Shown piece after piece: positions 1-9,096 of a stretch of DNA of 64,000 bases. How positions within the stretch are numbered: position 1 is the first letter of the stretch; every line of letters starts with the position of its first letter. This DNA comes from an uncultured Alphaproteobacteria bacterium (GTDB lineage: Bacteria; Pseudomonadota; Alphaproteobacteria; Rs-D84; CACZYB01): the NCBI GenBank assembly GCA_944390685.1, contig CALXQL010000005.1:1801-65800 (forward strand), read 5' to 3'. The notes under the pieces are model-generated. The model was not told where the DNA came from. It made no database searches and worked only from the letters and a program-made list of their open reading frames with translations. A program made the translations under genes and the position numbers.

Positions 1-504
1 TCTGCATTCACCTTTAACTAAATCGTTAAAGACAACATCTCCATCATTTAACTTAAATCTCCAATAAGGTTTTCTTCCCTCTGCTTCTAATCGTTTTTTA
101 TCTTCTTCAGTAAGGTTTAAAGAAGCCCTATCATAAACAGGAGGAAGTTTTCTAGCAATTTGTCTTTTTCTTTTAGCTTCTAATTCTTCTTGAGTTTCAT
201 AACAAACATAAACCCTACCATCTTTTTTTAATTTTTCCAAACATTCGTTATAGCGATTAAAACGTGAAGATTGATGAAATGTTTCGTCCCATTTTATTCC
301 AAACCAAGAAACATCTTCTTTTACTGCATCAATATATTCTTGTTTAGTCCTTGATAAATCTGTATCGTCAATACGAAGAAGGAAAACACAATCCTCACCT
401 TTTTGTTTTTGAGAAAGAAGGAATAACCAATTAAAAATGGCGGTTTTAATATTACCAATATGAACATATCCCGAAGGAGAAGGTGCAAATCTAACTTTAA
501 TCAT
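1..504 (-). CDS. gltX: Glutamate--tRNA ligase, N-terminal part (runs off the window start)
   Basis: Reverse strand from 504 reads MIKVRFAPSPSGYVHIGNIKTA...FLLRIDDTD; HIGH-like motif. Not in the ORF track. Confidence 0.93.
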   Translation of the reverse strand, partial: MIKVRFAPSPSGYVHIGNIKTAIFNWLFLLSQKQKGEDCVFLLRIDDTDLSRTKQEYIDAVKEDVSWFGIKWDETFHQSSRFNRYNECLEKLKKDGRVYVCYETQEELEAKRKRQIARKLPPVYDRASLNLTEEDKKRLEAEGRKPYWRFKLNDGDVVFNDLVKGECR

Positions 505-596
505 TTTTTAATCCTTTGTTTATACGATAAAAGAATACTTCGTAAAAAGTAAAAAATCAACTTGAAAAAAAGACAAAATGAAGTTATATTAAATAT

Positions 597-900
597 GCCA
601 GCAATGGCTATGATACTAAACCTTTATCAGAATAGACATTTCGGACTCGGGGGCGGTACCCGATGCCTCCACCATAATAAATCTTTATGGGGGCAAAATA
701 GCATCGACGGGTGTAATAAAGGGTAAAGTTGTATTAAGTGATGATTCCGTCTTTCAAACGGGTCAAAAAAAATGAACGCAAATGATAATCGTTCTTTCGC
801 AATGGCTGCTTAATTTAAGTAGTATGCGATATCAAATTCTTTAATGATATAGAACCATTAAAGTGGGGTTCGGGCTTTCCTATCAACAGAAAAGCCCACT
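597..900 (+). ncRNA. ssrA: Permuted two-piece tmRNA, alphaproteobacterial type; tag peptide ANDNRSFAMAA
   Basis: 3' acceptor half TGCCTCCACCA (664-674) precedes 5' half GGGGGCA (689-695), giving a G3.U pair; intervening segment 675-688; tag frame 778-813 gca aat gat aat cgt tct ttc gca atg gct gct taa. Outer boundaries approximate. Confidence 0.93.
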
Positions 901-921
901 TAATTTAAAAAGGAACTTAAA

Positions 922-1563
922 ATGTATAAAAAAAAGAATTATTTAAAAAAAATAGCAATATATGATTTTGATGGCACATTATACGGCGGGGAAACTATAA
1001 GTAATTTTTATTTTTATTGTGCAAAACATAATTGGCTTTTATTTTTGTGGCTACCATATTTCATCATATTGTTTTTATTAAAAAAAATACATTTAATAAG
1101 TCTTAAAACATTTAAACAAGAATGTTTTCGCTTTTTTGGAAAACATCTATCTGTTGATAAAGTTTATAAATTTTGGGGAGTAAATAAAAAGAAAATTTAT
1201 CCATGGGTAAGACAAGAATTAGAAAGGGATAGAAAAAGAGGCTATCATATAATTTGTATATCTGCCACACCAGAATTTTTAATTCATGGAATTGTAATAA
1301 AATACTTAAAAATTGATACATTGATTGGAACTCTATTAAATCCAAAGGATAATAGAAAAATAATAGGTAAAAATTGTAAAGGTGAAGAAAAGGTGGAACG
1401 ATTACATCTATGGTTAAAGAAAAATAACATAAAAAATTATAAAATTGTAAAAATGGTTTCAGATTCCCTTGCGGATATGCCTTTATTTAATATAGCAGAA
1501 AATAAATTTGCGGTTTCTCCAAAAGGAAAAATATATAAAGGTCTTCCAAAAAGAAATATATAA
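922..1563 (+). CDS. HAD-IB family hydrolase/phosphatase
   Basis: Motifs YDFDGTL, ISAT, NCKGEEK, SDSLADMP. Confidence 0.85.
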   Translation: MYKKKNYLKKIAIYDFDGTLYGGETISNFYFYCAKHNWLLFLWLPYFIILFLLKKIHLISLKTFKQECFRFFGKHLSVDKVYKFWGVNKKKIYPWVRQELERDRKRGYHIICISATPEFLIHGIVIKYLKIDTLIGTLLNPKDNRKIIGKNCKGEEKVERLHLWLKKNNIKNYKIVKMVSDSLADMPLFNIAENKFAVSPKGKIYKGLPKRNI

Positions 1564-1658
1564 CACCGCTGGATAAAAAAACTATTGACTTTTAAATAAA
1601 AAAACGTTATTCTATGAAAACATTTTAATTTTTAAGAAGAAAATAAAAGGATTTCAAA

Positions 1659-1805
1659 ATGAAAAGAACATTTCAACCATCAAAAATCGTAAGATCAAGA
1701 AGACATGGTTTCCGTGCAAGAATGGCTACATATAACGGAAGAAAAGTATTAAATGCAAGAAGAGCAAAGGGAAGAAAACGTCTTTGTGTTCAAGTTGAAT
1801 TTTAA
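1659..1805 (+). CDS. rpmH: 50S ribosomal protein L34 (48 aa; not in the ORF track)
   Basis: [42 protein letters not shown]; RBS aaagga. Confidence 0.97.
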   Translation: MKRTFQPSKIVRSRRHGFRARMATYNGRKVLNARRAKGRKRLCVQVEF

Positions 1806-1825
1806 TATTTACTAAAAATTCAAAT

Positions 1826-1848
1826 GGGGGCTTTATGCCCTCTTTTTT
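1826..1848 (+). terminator. Intrinsic terminator after rpmH
   Basis: GGGGGC-ttTAT-GCCCTC followed by a T-run. Confidence 0.6.
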
Positions 1849-1883
1849 ATTGCAAAAAATATAGATATTTATATAATAACAAT

Positions 1884-2390
1884 ATGGTAAATTGTATAAG
1901 ATATAAACATAATAAAGTAAAATTAAGAACGTTAAAAAGTCGTAGCCAAGATTTTTTTCGTATAAATCCTCGCGCTATTGCTAAAATTGGCCGTAAACGT
2001 TTGGTAAAAAAAGGTTTAATTGAAAAAAATGCTCAATTACCAGAGGATAATCCAAACCATTTTATAAATGATTTATTTATGACCCATTGGGCACCTACAA
2101 GATTTTTAGATGGTGATATTCATATAGGTTTTACCATAACCACAAAAACAATTTCAAAAAGAGCTAATGTAAGAAATCTTATAAAACGTCGTTTAAAAAA
2201 TGCAATAAATGAACATATAAGGAATTTCAAAGTCTCTGGCTTTGATTTTGTATTTACAGCCCGAAGCGGTATTCTTGATGCAAGTTATAGTGATATAATT
2301 GCCCAAGTAAAAAGGGTTTTGAAATATGTTGAATGCCGTAAAAAGGATGAAGAAAAAAAGAAATTTATATCAAGAAAATATATTGATTAA
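1884..2390 (+). CDS. rnpA: Ribonuclease P protein component with an insertion (likely start 1884)
   Basis: IGFTITTKTISKRANVRNLIKRRLK (RNR-like motif), DFVFTAR; lies directly after rpmH. Confidence 0.88.
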   Translation: MVNCIRYKHNKVKLRTLKSRSQDFFRINPRAIAKIGRKRLVKKGLIEKNAQLPEDNPNHFINDLFMTHWAPTRFLDGDIHIGFTITTKTISKRANVRNLIKRRLKNAINEHIRNFKVSGFDFVFTARSGILDASYSDIIAQVKRVLKYVECRKKDEEKKKFISRKYID

Positions 2391-2392
2391 AT

Positions 2393-3607
2393 CTACCATG
2401 AAAGTTCTATAATAGATCCCTCTTGAACAACTCTACCATCTGGAAGGGAACATCTTCCAAAGACTTCTGGACCTACATCTTTTGCACTAACAGTTGATGT
2501 GATAATTTGTCCCACACCTGATGTGATAAGTCCACTACCAGCTTGCCATCCTTCGGAAATACCTTCAAATACTTTTTTGCCTGTTCCTGCTTGTTCTGTT
2601 TTTAAAATTTCATTACCATCTTCGGTATAATTACCTGTGCTTACTTGTTCTGTTGCATTCATACCAGCTAATACACCACTAGTAACACCCACACCAACAC
2701 CTAAAACAGTGCTACCAATACCAGTATATAAAGCAATTTCATTTCCGGTTTGTTCAGGATTATCGGAATAACAAGCACCTAAACCAAAAGCATCATGAGA
2801 ACAAGTTATTCTAGTAGTTTTCACAGCAGTAATAGACCAAGTTTTATTTATATTATCATTGCATCCAACTAAATCATTTTTAAGAACTTTTGCATTTGAT
2901 ACATATTTTCGTGAAAAATTGATGGAAATATCACAAGATTGTTTATCTCTATTATATTTACCACTATAAATGTTGCGACAGGCTTCTTCTTGTTCATTTA
3001 TTAAGTAAACATCGGTAAAATATTTTGAAAATAAATCATATTTTGCCACATCTTTAATCATGACTTTACATGATTGAAAGGCATTATCAAAATTAATAGA
3101 TTTATAACATTGAACATTTGTAGGTTGTTCAGCGCTACCCATACATTGTTGTTGCATACAAAATTTAAATTCTTGCCAATCGGGATCCGCTGGCACAGCA
3201 TTTATTTTTTGCTCTTCTGAAACAAACACTTCTGGAGCAACGACAGTATTTTGAGTTGTAGTAGTAGTTGTATTTGTAGTATTTGTAGTAGTAGTTGTTG
3301 TTTGAGTAGTGCTGGTAGATTGATTTTGTGTTGCAGGCATTGTTTGAGTTGTTTGAACTGGTTGCACGGCTAATTGAGATGATGTATCCACTTGCACAGC
3401 ATTACCTATGGAAGATTCCATATTTTCCATACCTATAATTGATTTTGCGACACTAGGGGCTTGAGCTCTTTTCACTCTTCTTGTTGTTGTTTTTGATACC
3501 TTTCTAGAGGAGGAGGATGCAGGCTTTCTAGTTGCAGAAAACACCGAGCATATATTAAAAAAATATATACTTAAAAAGGATATACAAACAACTTTTTTAT
3601 TAAACAA
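2393..3607 (-). CDS. Secreted Cys-rich protein, paralog D (one Cys-helical repeat, Thr-rich linker, Gly-rich hydrophobic insert)
   Basis: Signal peptide; CMQQQC...C...C; GRC near the C-terminus; TTG start with RBS aaagga. Confidence 0.8.
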   Translation of the reverse strand: MFNKKVVCISFLSIYFFNICSVFSATRKPASSSSRKVSKTTTRRVKRAQAPSVAKSIIGMENMESSIGNAVQVDTSSQLAVQPVQTTQTMPATQNQSTSTTQTTTTTTNTTNTTTTTTQNTVVAPEVFVSEEQKINAVPADPDWQEFKFCMQQQCMGSAEQPTNVQCYKSINFDNAFQSCKVMIKDVAKYDLFSKYFTDVYLINEQEEACRNIYSGKYNRDKQSCDISINFSRKYVSNAKVLKNDLVGCNDNINKTWSITAVKTTRITCSHDAFGLGACYSDNPEQTGNEIALYTGIGSTVLGVGVGVTSGVLAGMNATEQVSTGNYTEDGNEILKTEQAGTGKKVFEGISEGWQAGSGLITSGVGQIITSTVSAKDVGPEVFGRCSLPDGRVVQEGSIIELSW

Positions 3608-3679
3608 GAATAAATCCTTTCAATTATAAAAATAATTATACTATAAAAATAATAAAAAATAAATAGAAAATATAAAAAA

Positions 3680-5242
3680 TTATAATTGCCATTGAAGTAA
3701 AATTATTTCATTTTCTGTTCCAACCCATTCGCCATTTATGAAACAATTACCTCTATTAAGATTAGTTTGATTTACCTTTCCAACGCCTTGTTCTCTATTT
3801 TGAAAAGTTGCAAAATCTTTAACCCCGCTTTTTTCTTTCTCAACAATGATGTCATCAATCACACCTTGTATAGCTATATCTGTTATATTACTTACGACAT
3901 TAAGGGAAGAACTTGCAATAGATAAAGCCTGACCAGCTTTTTCAAATTTGGCATTTGTATCTTTTGTTAAATCTATTGGATTTGCTTTACTTCCAGATAT
4001 CCCAGAAGAATTATTAGCGCTTCCACCATTGATAAGTTTTCCGGCTATACTTAAAGCAGGCATCAATAAATAAGAAGCACTTTTTGAAACTAACATATTT
4101 GTTAAGTCTTCTTTTGACATTTTCCCTTGTATTGCGCGGGATATATCAATGCCAATATAAGCAATATCTGTTATAGTATTGATAGAAGCTTCTGCAATAT
4201 CCGCAATAGGAGATGTTCCCAGCACAGTTGCAGTTATATTTCCAGCTGTTCTTAAAGAATTTGCAGTCAATGTTAAAGCTTGATATTTTTTCTTTTTTAA
4301 ATACTCAAATGAATATCCAAGATTTGTATCAAATTCCTCTTGATTACAATAAAAGAATTCGCCAACAGGAATATTTTTTGATGCGGAAATATTATCTTTA
4401 TTCATACCATATGATACATTTATATAACAAGATTTTCTATCGCTTGATAATTGACCATTCATATGTTTACAAGCTTCTTCCCTTTTCAAAGCCATTTCAT
4501 TTAAGAAATATTCTCTTGTGGAAAGAGGAGCCGGTGATTTTGCAATTATTGAAGAACATTTTGAATCAATTACCATATTAGCAGAATCTTCATCAAAACA
4601 AAGACCAAATTCTGGCATATTAAAGTTTTCTGCCCCGAAATCATTATATGCAGTGCAATAATCTCTCGCACAATTTTTTAATTCTTTTATATTTGAAGAT
4701 AAAGTTGAATCTTTTTCCACTTCTTGTTTAGAAACTAAAAGGCAATCTCTTTGTACAAGAGTTTTATATTTTTCTGTAATAGCTCTTCTATTTTCCATAC
4801 ATTGATCTAAAATATAAAGACATTGTTTTTTTGAATATTCAAAAAGATCAAACCCCTTTTTTATCTTATTTCCATTAAAATCCAAAAAATCAACAGAAGA
4901 ACCGGAATTTGTATATTTATCTTCATAACAAACACATTTACCAATTTGATTATTTGCACAAAATTTATTCATACATAGGTTGTAATAAAATTCACAATTA
5001 TCTTCATTTATTATAGGTGTAGATGTATTTGTAGTTTGATTTGTAGTGTTTTGATTATTTGTGGATGAAGATATGGATGAGGAGTTATTCGCAATTCTTA
5101 TATTATTACGAGTATTATTTCTTACAGATAAAGATTTTGAAGAAGCCTTTCGTTCAGTTTTTTTAATAGCAGCCATTGTCATTTCAGGATATAAAGAAAT
5201 GAAATAAATCAATGTAATAAAAGAATATTTTTTAAATGTCAT
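3680..5242 (-). CDS. Secreted Cys-rich protein, paralog C (probable start MTFKK at 5242)
   Basis: Signal peptide; CEFYYNLCMNKFC...CVC; VGEFFYCNQEEF; GNCFING; start overlaps the stop of paralog B. Confidence 0.8.
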   Translation of the reverse strand: MTFKKYSFITLIYFISLYPEMTMAAIKKTERKASSKSLSVRNNTRNNIRIANNSSSISSSTNNQNTTNQTTNTSTPIINEDNCEFYYNLCMNKFCANNQIGKCVCYEDKYTNSGSSVDFLDFNGNKIKKGFDLFEYSKKQCLYILDQCMENRRAITEKYKTLVQRDCLLVSKQEVEKDSTLSSNIKELKNCARDYCTAYNDFGAENFNMPEFGLCFDEDSANMVIDSKCSSIIAKSPAPLSTREYFLNEMALKREEACKHMNGQLSSDRKSCYINVSYGMNKDNISASKNIPVGEFFYCNQEEFDTNLGYSFEYLKKKKYQALTLTANSLRTAGNITATVLGTSPIADIAEASINTITDIAYIGIDISRAIQGKMSKEDLTNMLVSKSASYLLMPALSIAGKLINGGSANNSSGISGSKANPIDLTKDTNAKFEKAGQALSIASSSLNVVSNITDIAIQGVIDDIIVEKEKSGVKDFATFQNREQGVGKVNQTNLNRGNCFINGEWVGTENEIILLQWQL

Positions 5243-6506
5243 ATATTTCATCATCCCAATTTTCCGCCCATCTTAATTTATATGCAATAGTATCGTCCTC
5301 TGGAAAAAGTTCATGAGGAATTCCATCTTTTATAACAAAACATTTTCCAGTATAAGAATAATCTTTTGTCGCAAGATTATATACATCACCGACACTATTT
5401 ACCATAGTATTCAAACCTTCCAATACACCCATGGCAATAGCCTGCTTACCTTCTGCCCCCATAATTACTTTACCAGTTCCTTTTATGTATTGTATAGGAA
5501 CTTTATTGCCATTACTATCAATTCTAAAATCTGTTTCTGATTCAACTTTTTCCCCAACTTCTTTTTTACTACCTACAGCAGCAGACGCAACGGATAATCC
5601 TGTTTGTAACAAAGATATTCCATTTAAAGTTAAATTTTTAATTGAAACTAATTTTTCATCAATCTTTTCACCCATAGAAGTATTAAAAAAAGCCGAACTA
5701 CAAATAAGTTTATCCCCAATTTTGAATTCTTTTTTAGCTTTTATATCTTTACCGGCAACTCCTATACCAATTAAAAGATAGCAATTGCCATCATCTTTAA
5801 AAGTGCCAAACATTTTATTACAATAATTCTTTTTATACGAAAGGAAAGATTTGTTTATTAAGTTTTTAAGTTCATCTATATTATTGCAATCGCTATAAGA
5901 ATTTTTACAAGCTTCAAACCTGACATTGAAATTATCTTCATCAAAACAACCAACGAAATCATCTTTTTTATTTCCTAAACATTTTGGTTGAAGACAGGCT
6001 AGGGTGTTAGCCACATAATTATTTATATTTTTTGTTTGTGTTTGTTCAGCATTTAAAGCTAAGGAATAATCCAAACAATCGTTTGATGCATTTCGCTTAA
6101 AAGTTTCAATAATATTTTTACTCAAAGACGGACATGCATCTATTATATATTTACAATTGTCATTTGCATTATTAAATTTTGTAATATCCTTACAAGCGCA
6201 TCTACCATTTGATGAATTATAACAAGTTTGATTCATACATTTATTATATAAATCTTCACAATTATATTTTGTAATTGTAGCTACATCAATTTTTTGTTCT
6301 TCATCAATTTTATTTTGAGAAGATTGATTTATCACCTGTGATGATGAAGCGGTTCTAACATTTTTATTTGATACCCTAATAGAGGTTTTTGCATTTGCTT
6401 TTCTTGTTCTGGTTTGGGCAAAGGAAGTTAAAGGAATATTTAAACTTAATAAAAGTATAAAAAAGTTCCAATAATTTTTATTATGTAAATTTAATAAGTT
6501 AAACAT
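5232..6506 (-). CDS. Secreted Cys-rich protein, paralog B
   Basis: Signal peptide; CEDLYNKCMNQTC...CAC; IGDKLICSSAFF; GKCFVI. Confidence 0.8.
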   Translation of the reverse strand: MFNLLNLHNKNYWNFFILLLSLNIPLTSFAQTRTRKANAKTSIRVSNKNVRTASSSQVINQSSQNKIDEEQKIDVATITKYNCEDLYNKCMNQTCYNSSNGRCACKDITKFNNANDNCKYIIDACPSLSKNIIETFKRNASNDCLDYSLALNAEQTQTKNINNYVANTLACLQPKCLGNKKDDFVGCFDEDNFNVRFEACKNSYSDCNNIDELKNLINKSFLSYKKNYCNKMFGTFKDDGNCYLLIGIGVAGKDIKAKKEFKIGDKLICSSAFFNTSMGEKIDEKLVSIKNLTLNGISLLQTGLSVASAAVGSKKEVGEKVESETDFRIDSNGNKVPIQYIKGTGKVIMGAEGKQAIAMGVLEGLNTMVNSVGDVYNLATKDYSYTGKCFVIKDGIPHELFPEDDTIAYKLRWAENWDDEIYDI

Positions 6507-6528
6507 ATAACCTTAATCCCTTTATTTA

Positions 6529-7653
6529 TTATTGCATAAAGTTTATTTTAAAATATTGTCCCATAGGAGCCACATATTTATTATTTATATAACATGCACC
6601 TTTTTTTGTTCCATTATCAATTTTAATGTATCCATCCAAAGAGTCCGCAGTTCCGCTGGTCATCAATTTTATACCGCTACCTATAAGTGATGTATTTCCC
6701 CCAAGAACAGCACCAACAATAGTTGTTACAACACCTCCAACAGCTTTTGTGATACCAGATATCATTTGAACAATACCTTTTGCTTTATTTTCATTTTCTT
6801 CATAAAAAGTTGCAAAATATTCTTGTGTGCATTCCACCACTTCACCTACATTAAACATTTTTGATGTTAACTCTTTTTCCATTGCGCCATTAGGGTCAAT
6901 ATATTCAACTCCGTCTTCCCAAGAAGTTTTTGGTACACCGAAAACAACTTTTACTTTACAAATTTTATCATCGTAATCAATAGTTCCATTCATACTTTGG
7001 CAATATGAAATATTAAGTTTTTCCATTTCTTCATAAAAAGCTTTTTTCACAGCCAATTTTCTATTTGTTTTTTCCAAAACATTTTCACATTTGCTAGCTC
7101 TTCTTTCAATATTTGAAATTGTTAAACAATCTTTAAAATTTGTTCCGCATAATGGTTGCATACATTGTATATATGATTGTAAAGCCTCTTGTGAAGCCTT
7201 TTCACCATTATATGCCATAGCGTCCATATAATTTTTTGTTAAAAGATCTGTTTGGATTTGAGCTTTATACCTATTTTCAATTGTATTTTGATCTTTTAAT
7301 TCACATGATTTTAATACACTAAGGCAAGTTCCTTTTGCATAGGTGTAAAGATCATTTCCAAGTCTTATATTATTACCATCTTTTTGAATTGTCTCAAAAG
7401 TATCAAGAGTTTGTGAACAATTAAATCTTATACCTTGATTATTTAAACATACACCATCCATACAATTAAAGAATTTTTCTTCACAAGATAATTCTATTTT
7501 TTGATTATTTTCATTTACTTGATTTTGAATTGGTTTTACAGATATTCTATTGGAATTTTTTGCTCTTATAGTTTTTGAAACATTTCTTGCACAAACTACA
7601 TTTGAAAAATTTGTCAATAAAATTAAAAGTAAAATCCAGTTTTTTTTGTCCAT
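6529..7653 (-). CDS. Secreted Cys-rich protein, paralog A (probable start MDKKNW at 7653)
   Basis: RBS ggagag; signal peptide; CEEKFFNCMDGVC; VGEVVECTQEYF; GACYIN. Confidence 0.8.
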   Translation of the reverse strand: MDKKNWILLLILLTNFSNVVCARNVSKTIRAKNSNRISVKPIQNQVNENNQKIELSCEEKFFNCMDGVCLNNQGIRFNCSQTLDTFETIQKDGNNIRLGNDLYTYAKGTCLSVLKSCELKDQNTIENRYKAQIQTDLLTKNYMDAMAYNGEKASQEALQSYIQCMQPLCGTNFKDCLTISNIERRASKCENVLEKTNRKLAVKKAFYEEMEKLNISYCQSMNGTIDYDDKICKVKVVFGVPKTSWEDGVEYIDPNGAMEKELTSKMFNVGEVVECTQEYFATFYEENENKAKGIVQMISGITKAVGGVVTTIVGAVLGGNTSLIGSGIKLMTSGTADSLDGYIKIDNGTKKGACYINNKYVAPMGQYFKINFMQ

Positions 7654-7710
7654 AAAACTCTCCATTTCCAAGATAATTATACTATTAAAAACTATCAAAG
7701 TAAAGAAGAT

Positions 7711-8466
7711 TTAAGAGTAAAAGAATGAACTAAAAAACCATATAAAAAATGCAATTACAATAAATGGGGCAAGTGGTGCAAAATTGATTTTTTTACTCTT
7801 GCAATATATAAACATTAAAGGGAATGAAATCACTAAAATTTTACCTAAATTTTCAAATCCAGTAAATGAAGCAATAGATACTAATAATTTCACATCTCCA
7901 CCGCCAAAACTATAAGGGCTTTTAAAGTAAAACATTAACGATATAGTGAAACATAATATATAAGCGGATATACTACTGATAATACTATTAAAAGGTGTAA
8001 TAATTAAAGTGTTTCTTATATTGTATTTTTCGCAGTAAATTGATATTAAAATGCCTATTAAAAGCATAGGTAAAGTTAAAATATCGGGAATAATCCTATA
8101 TCTATTATCTATATTTGCGGAAAATAATAGTAAAAACATAAAGATATGTAATAATATTAAAGGATAACTTTCATTTATATGATTCTTTATCAAATAAGTT
8201 AAAGTAATACTTAAACAAGTGTAAATTATTCCCCAAATACATTTATTATAAAAATATTGTTTTTTCAAATAGTTATATTTGTTATTTTTAAGTAATTTAT
8301 TATAGGGCATTTTATGTTTTTTATTATTAAAGTAATACTTTAATATATCACCTATATAACTATGCAAAGAGCAAGGGTAAAACTTCATTAAAAATCTGCT
8401 TAAAACAGGTATTAAAAAACCTATTGCAAAATATATAAAAACATTTAAAATTTGATTCGATAACAT
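7711..8466 (-). CDS. A24 family prepilin peptidase (probable start MLSNQ at 8466)
   Basis: Catalytic Asp motifs NIDNRYRIIPD and FGGGDVKLL; C-terminal PLAPFI; multiple TM helices. The ORF-track start overlaps gcrA. Confidence 0.85.
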   Translation of the reverse strand: MLSNQILNVFIYFAIGFLIPVLSRFLMKFYPCSLHSYIGDILKYYFNNKKHKMPYNKLLKNNKYNYLKKQYFYNKCIWGIIYTCLSITLTYLIKNHINESYPLILLHIFMFLLLFSANIDNRYRIIPDILTLPMLLIGILISIYCEKYNIRNTLIITPFNSIISSISAYILCFTISLMFYFKSPYSFGGGDVKLLVSIASFTGFENLGKILVISFPLMFIYCKSKKINFAPLAPFIVIAFFIWFFSSFFYS

Positions 8467-8536
8467 TTTTATTTCCTTTTTTATTTTTACATTTAAGATA
8501 TAAACTGGAATAAAAAAAAATAAAAGGATTTTTATT

Positions 8537-9073
8537 ATGACAAGTTGGACAGATAAAAAAATTGAAAAATTAAAAAAACTTTGGGAGAAGGGTTTGTCTA
8601 CTGCTGAAATTGGCAAAAAACTTGATTTTTCAAAGAATGCAATTGTTGGTAAAGTTCATAGATTGGGTCTTTCAAATAGGGGGTCTCCAATAAAAACAAA
8701 TAAGGATAAAAATCCAAAACCATCTACAAAAACAGAAAATGTTTTACCTAAAAATGCATCGGTAAAAAAAGAAACAGTTATTGAAAATACAGAGAAAAAA
8801 GAAATTTTATCAATTCCAAACGAATCGATTCGAATTTCAAAAATATCTCTAAAAAATAAAAAATCCACATCTGGGGTATCATTATTAGAGTTAACTTCTG
8901 ATCTTTGCTGTTGGCCAATTGATGATATAAATTCAGATAATTTTCATTTTTGTGGTAAAAAAGTATTTAAAAATAAACCTTATTGTTTGGAACATTGTGC
9001 AATTGCTTATACAACATCTGCAAATGCAATGGATGATAAAGAACCAATTGAAGATGTTTTTAAAAATGAATAA
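8537..9073 (+). CDS. gcrA: GcrA cell-cycle regulator
   Basis: WTDKKIEKLKKLWEKGLSTAEIG...SKNAIVGKVHRLGL; C-terminal CCWPI...FHFCG...PYCLEH. Confidence 0.93.
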   Translation: MTSWTDKKIEKLKKLWEKGLSTAEIGKKLDFSKNAIVGKVHRLGLSNRGSPIKTNKDKNPKPSTKTENVLPKNASVKKETVIENTEKKEILSIPNESIRISKISLKNKKSTSGVSLLELTSDLCCWPIDDINSDNFHFCGKKVFKNKPYCLEHCAIAYTTSANAMDDKEPIEDVFKNE

Positions 9074-9096
9074 ATAACTTTATAAAAGGAGAGAGT

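Noticed and set aside
597-1563. tmRNA as an integration site for the HAD gene
   Set aside because: No integrase and no duplicated att sequence seen.
3255-3315. gta/gtt trinucleotide-like repeats resembling a microsatellite
   Set aside because: They simply encode the Thr-rich linker of paralog D; imperfect and in frame.
8467-8616. N-terminal 50 aa of the ORF-track prepilin peptidase
   Set aside because: Overlaps gcrA head-to-head; a better start with RBS lies at 8466.
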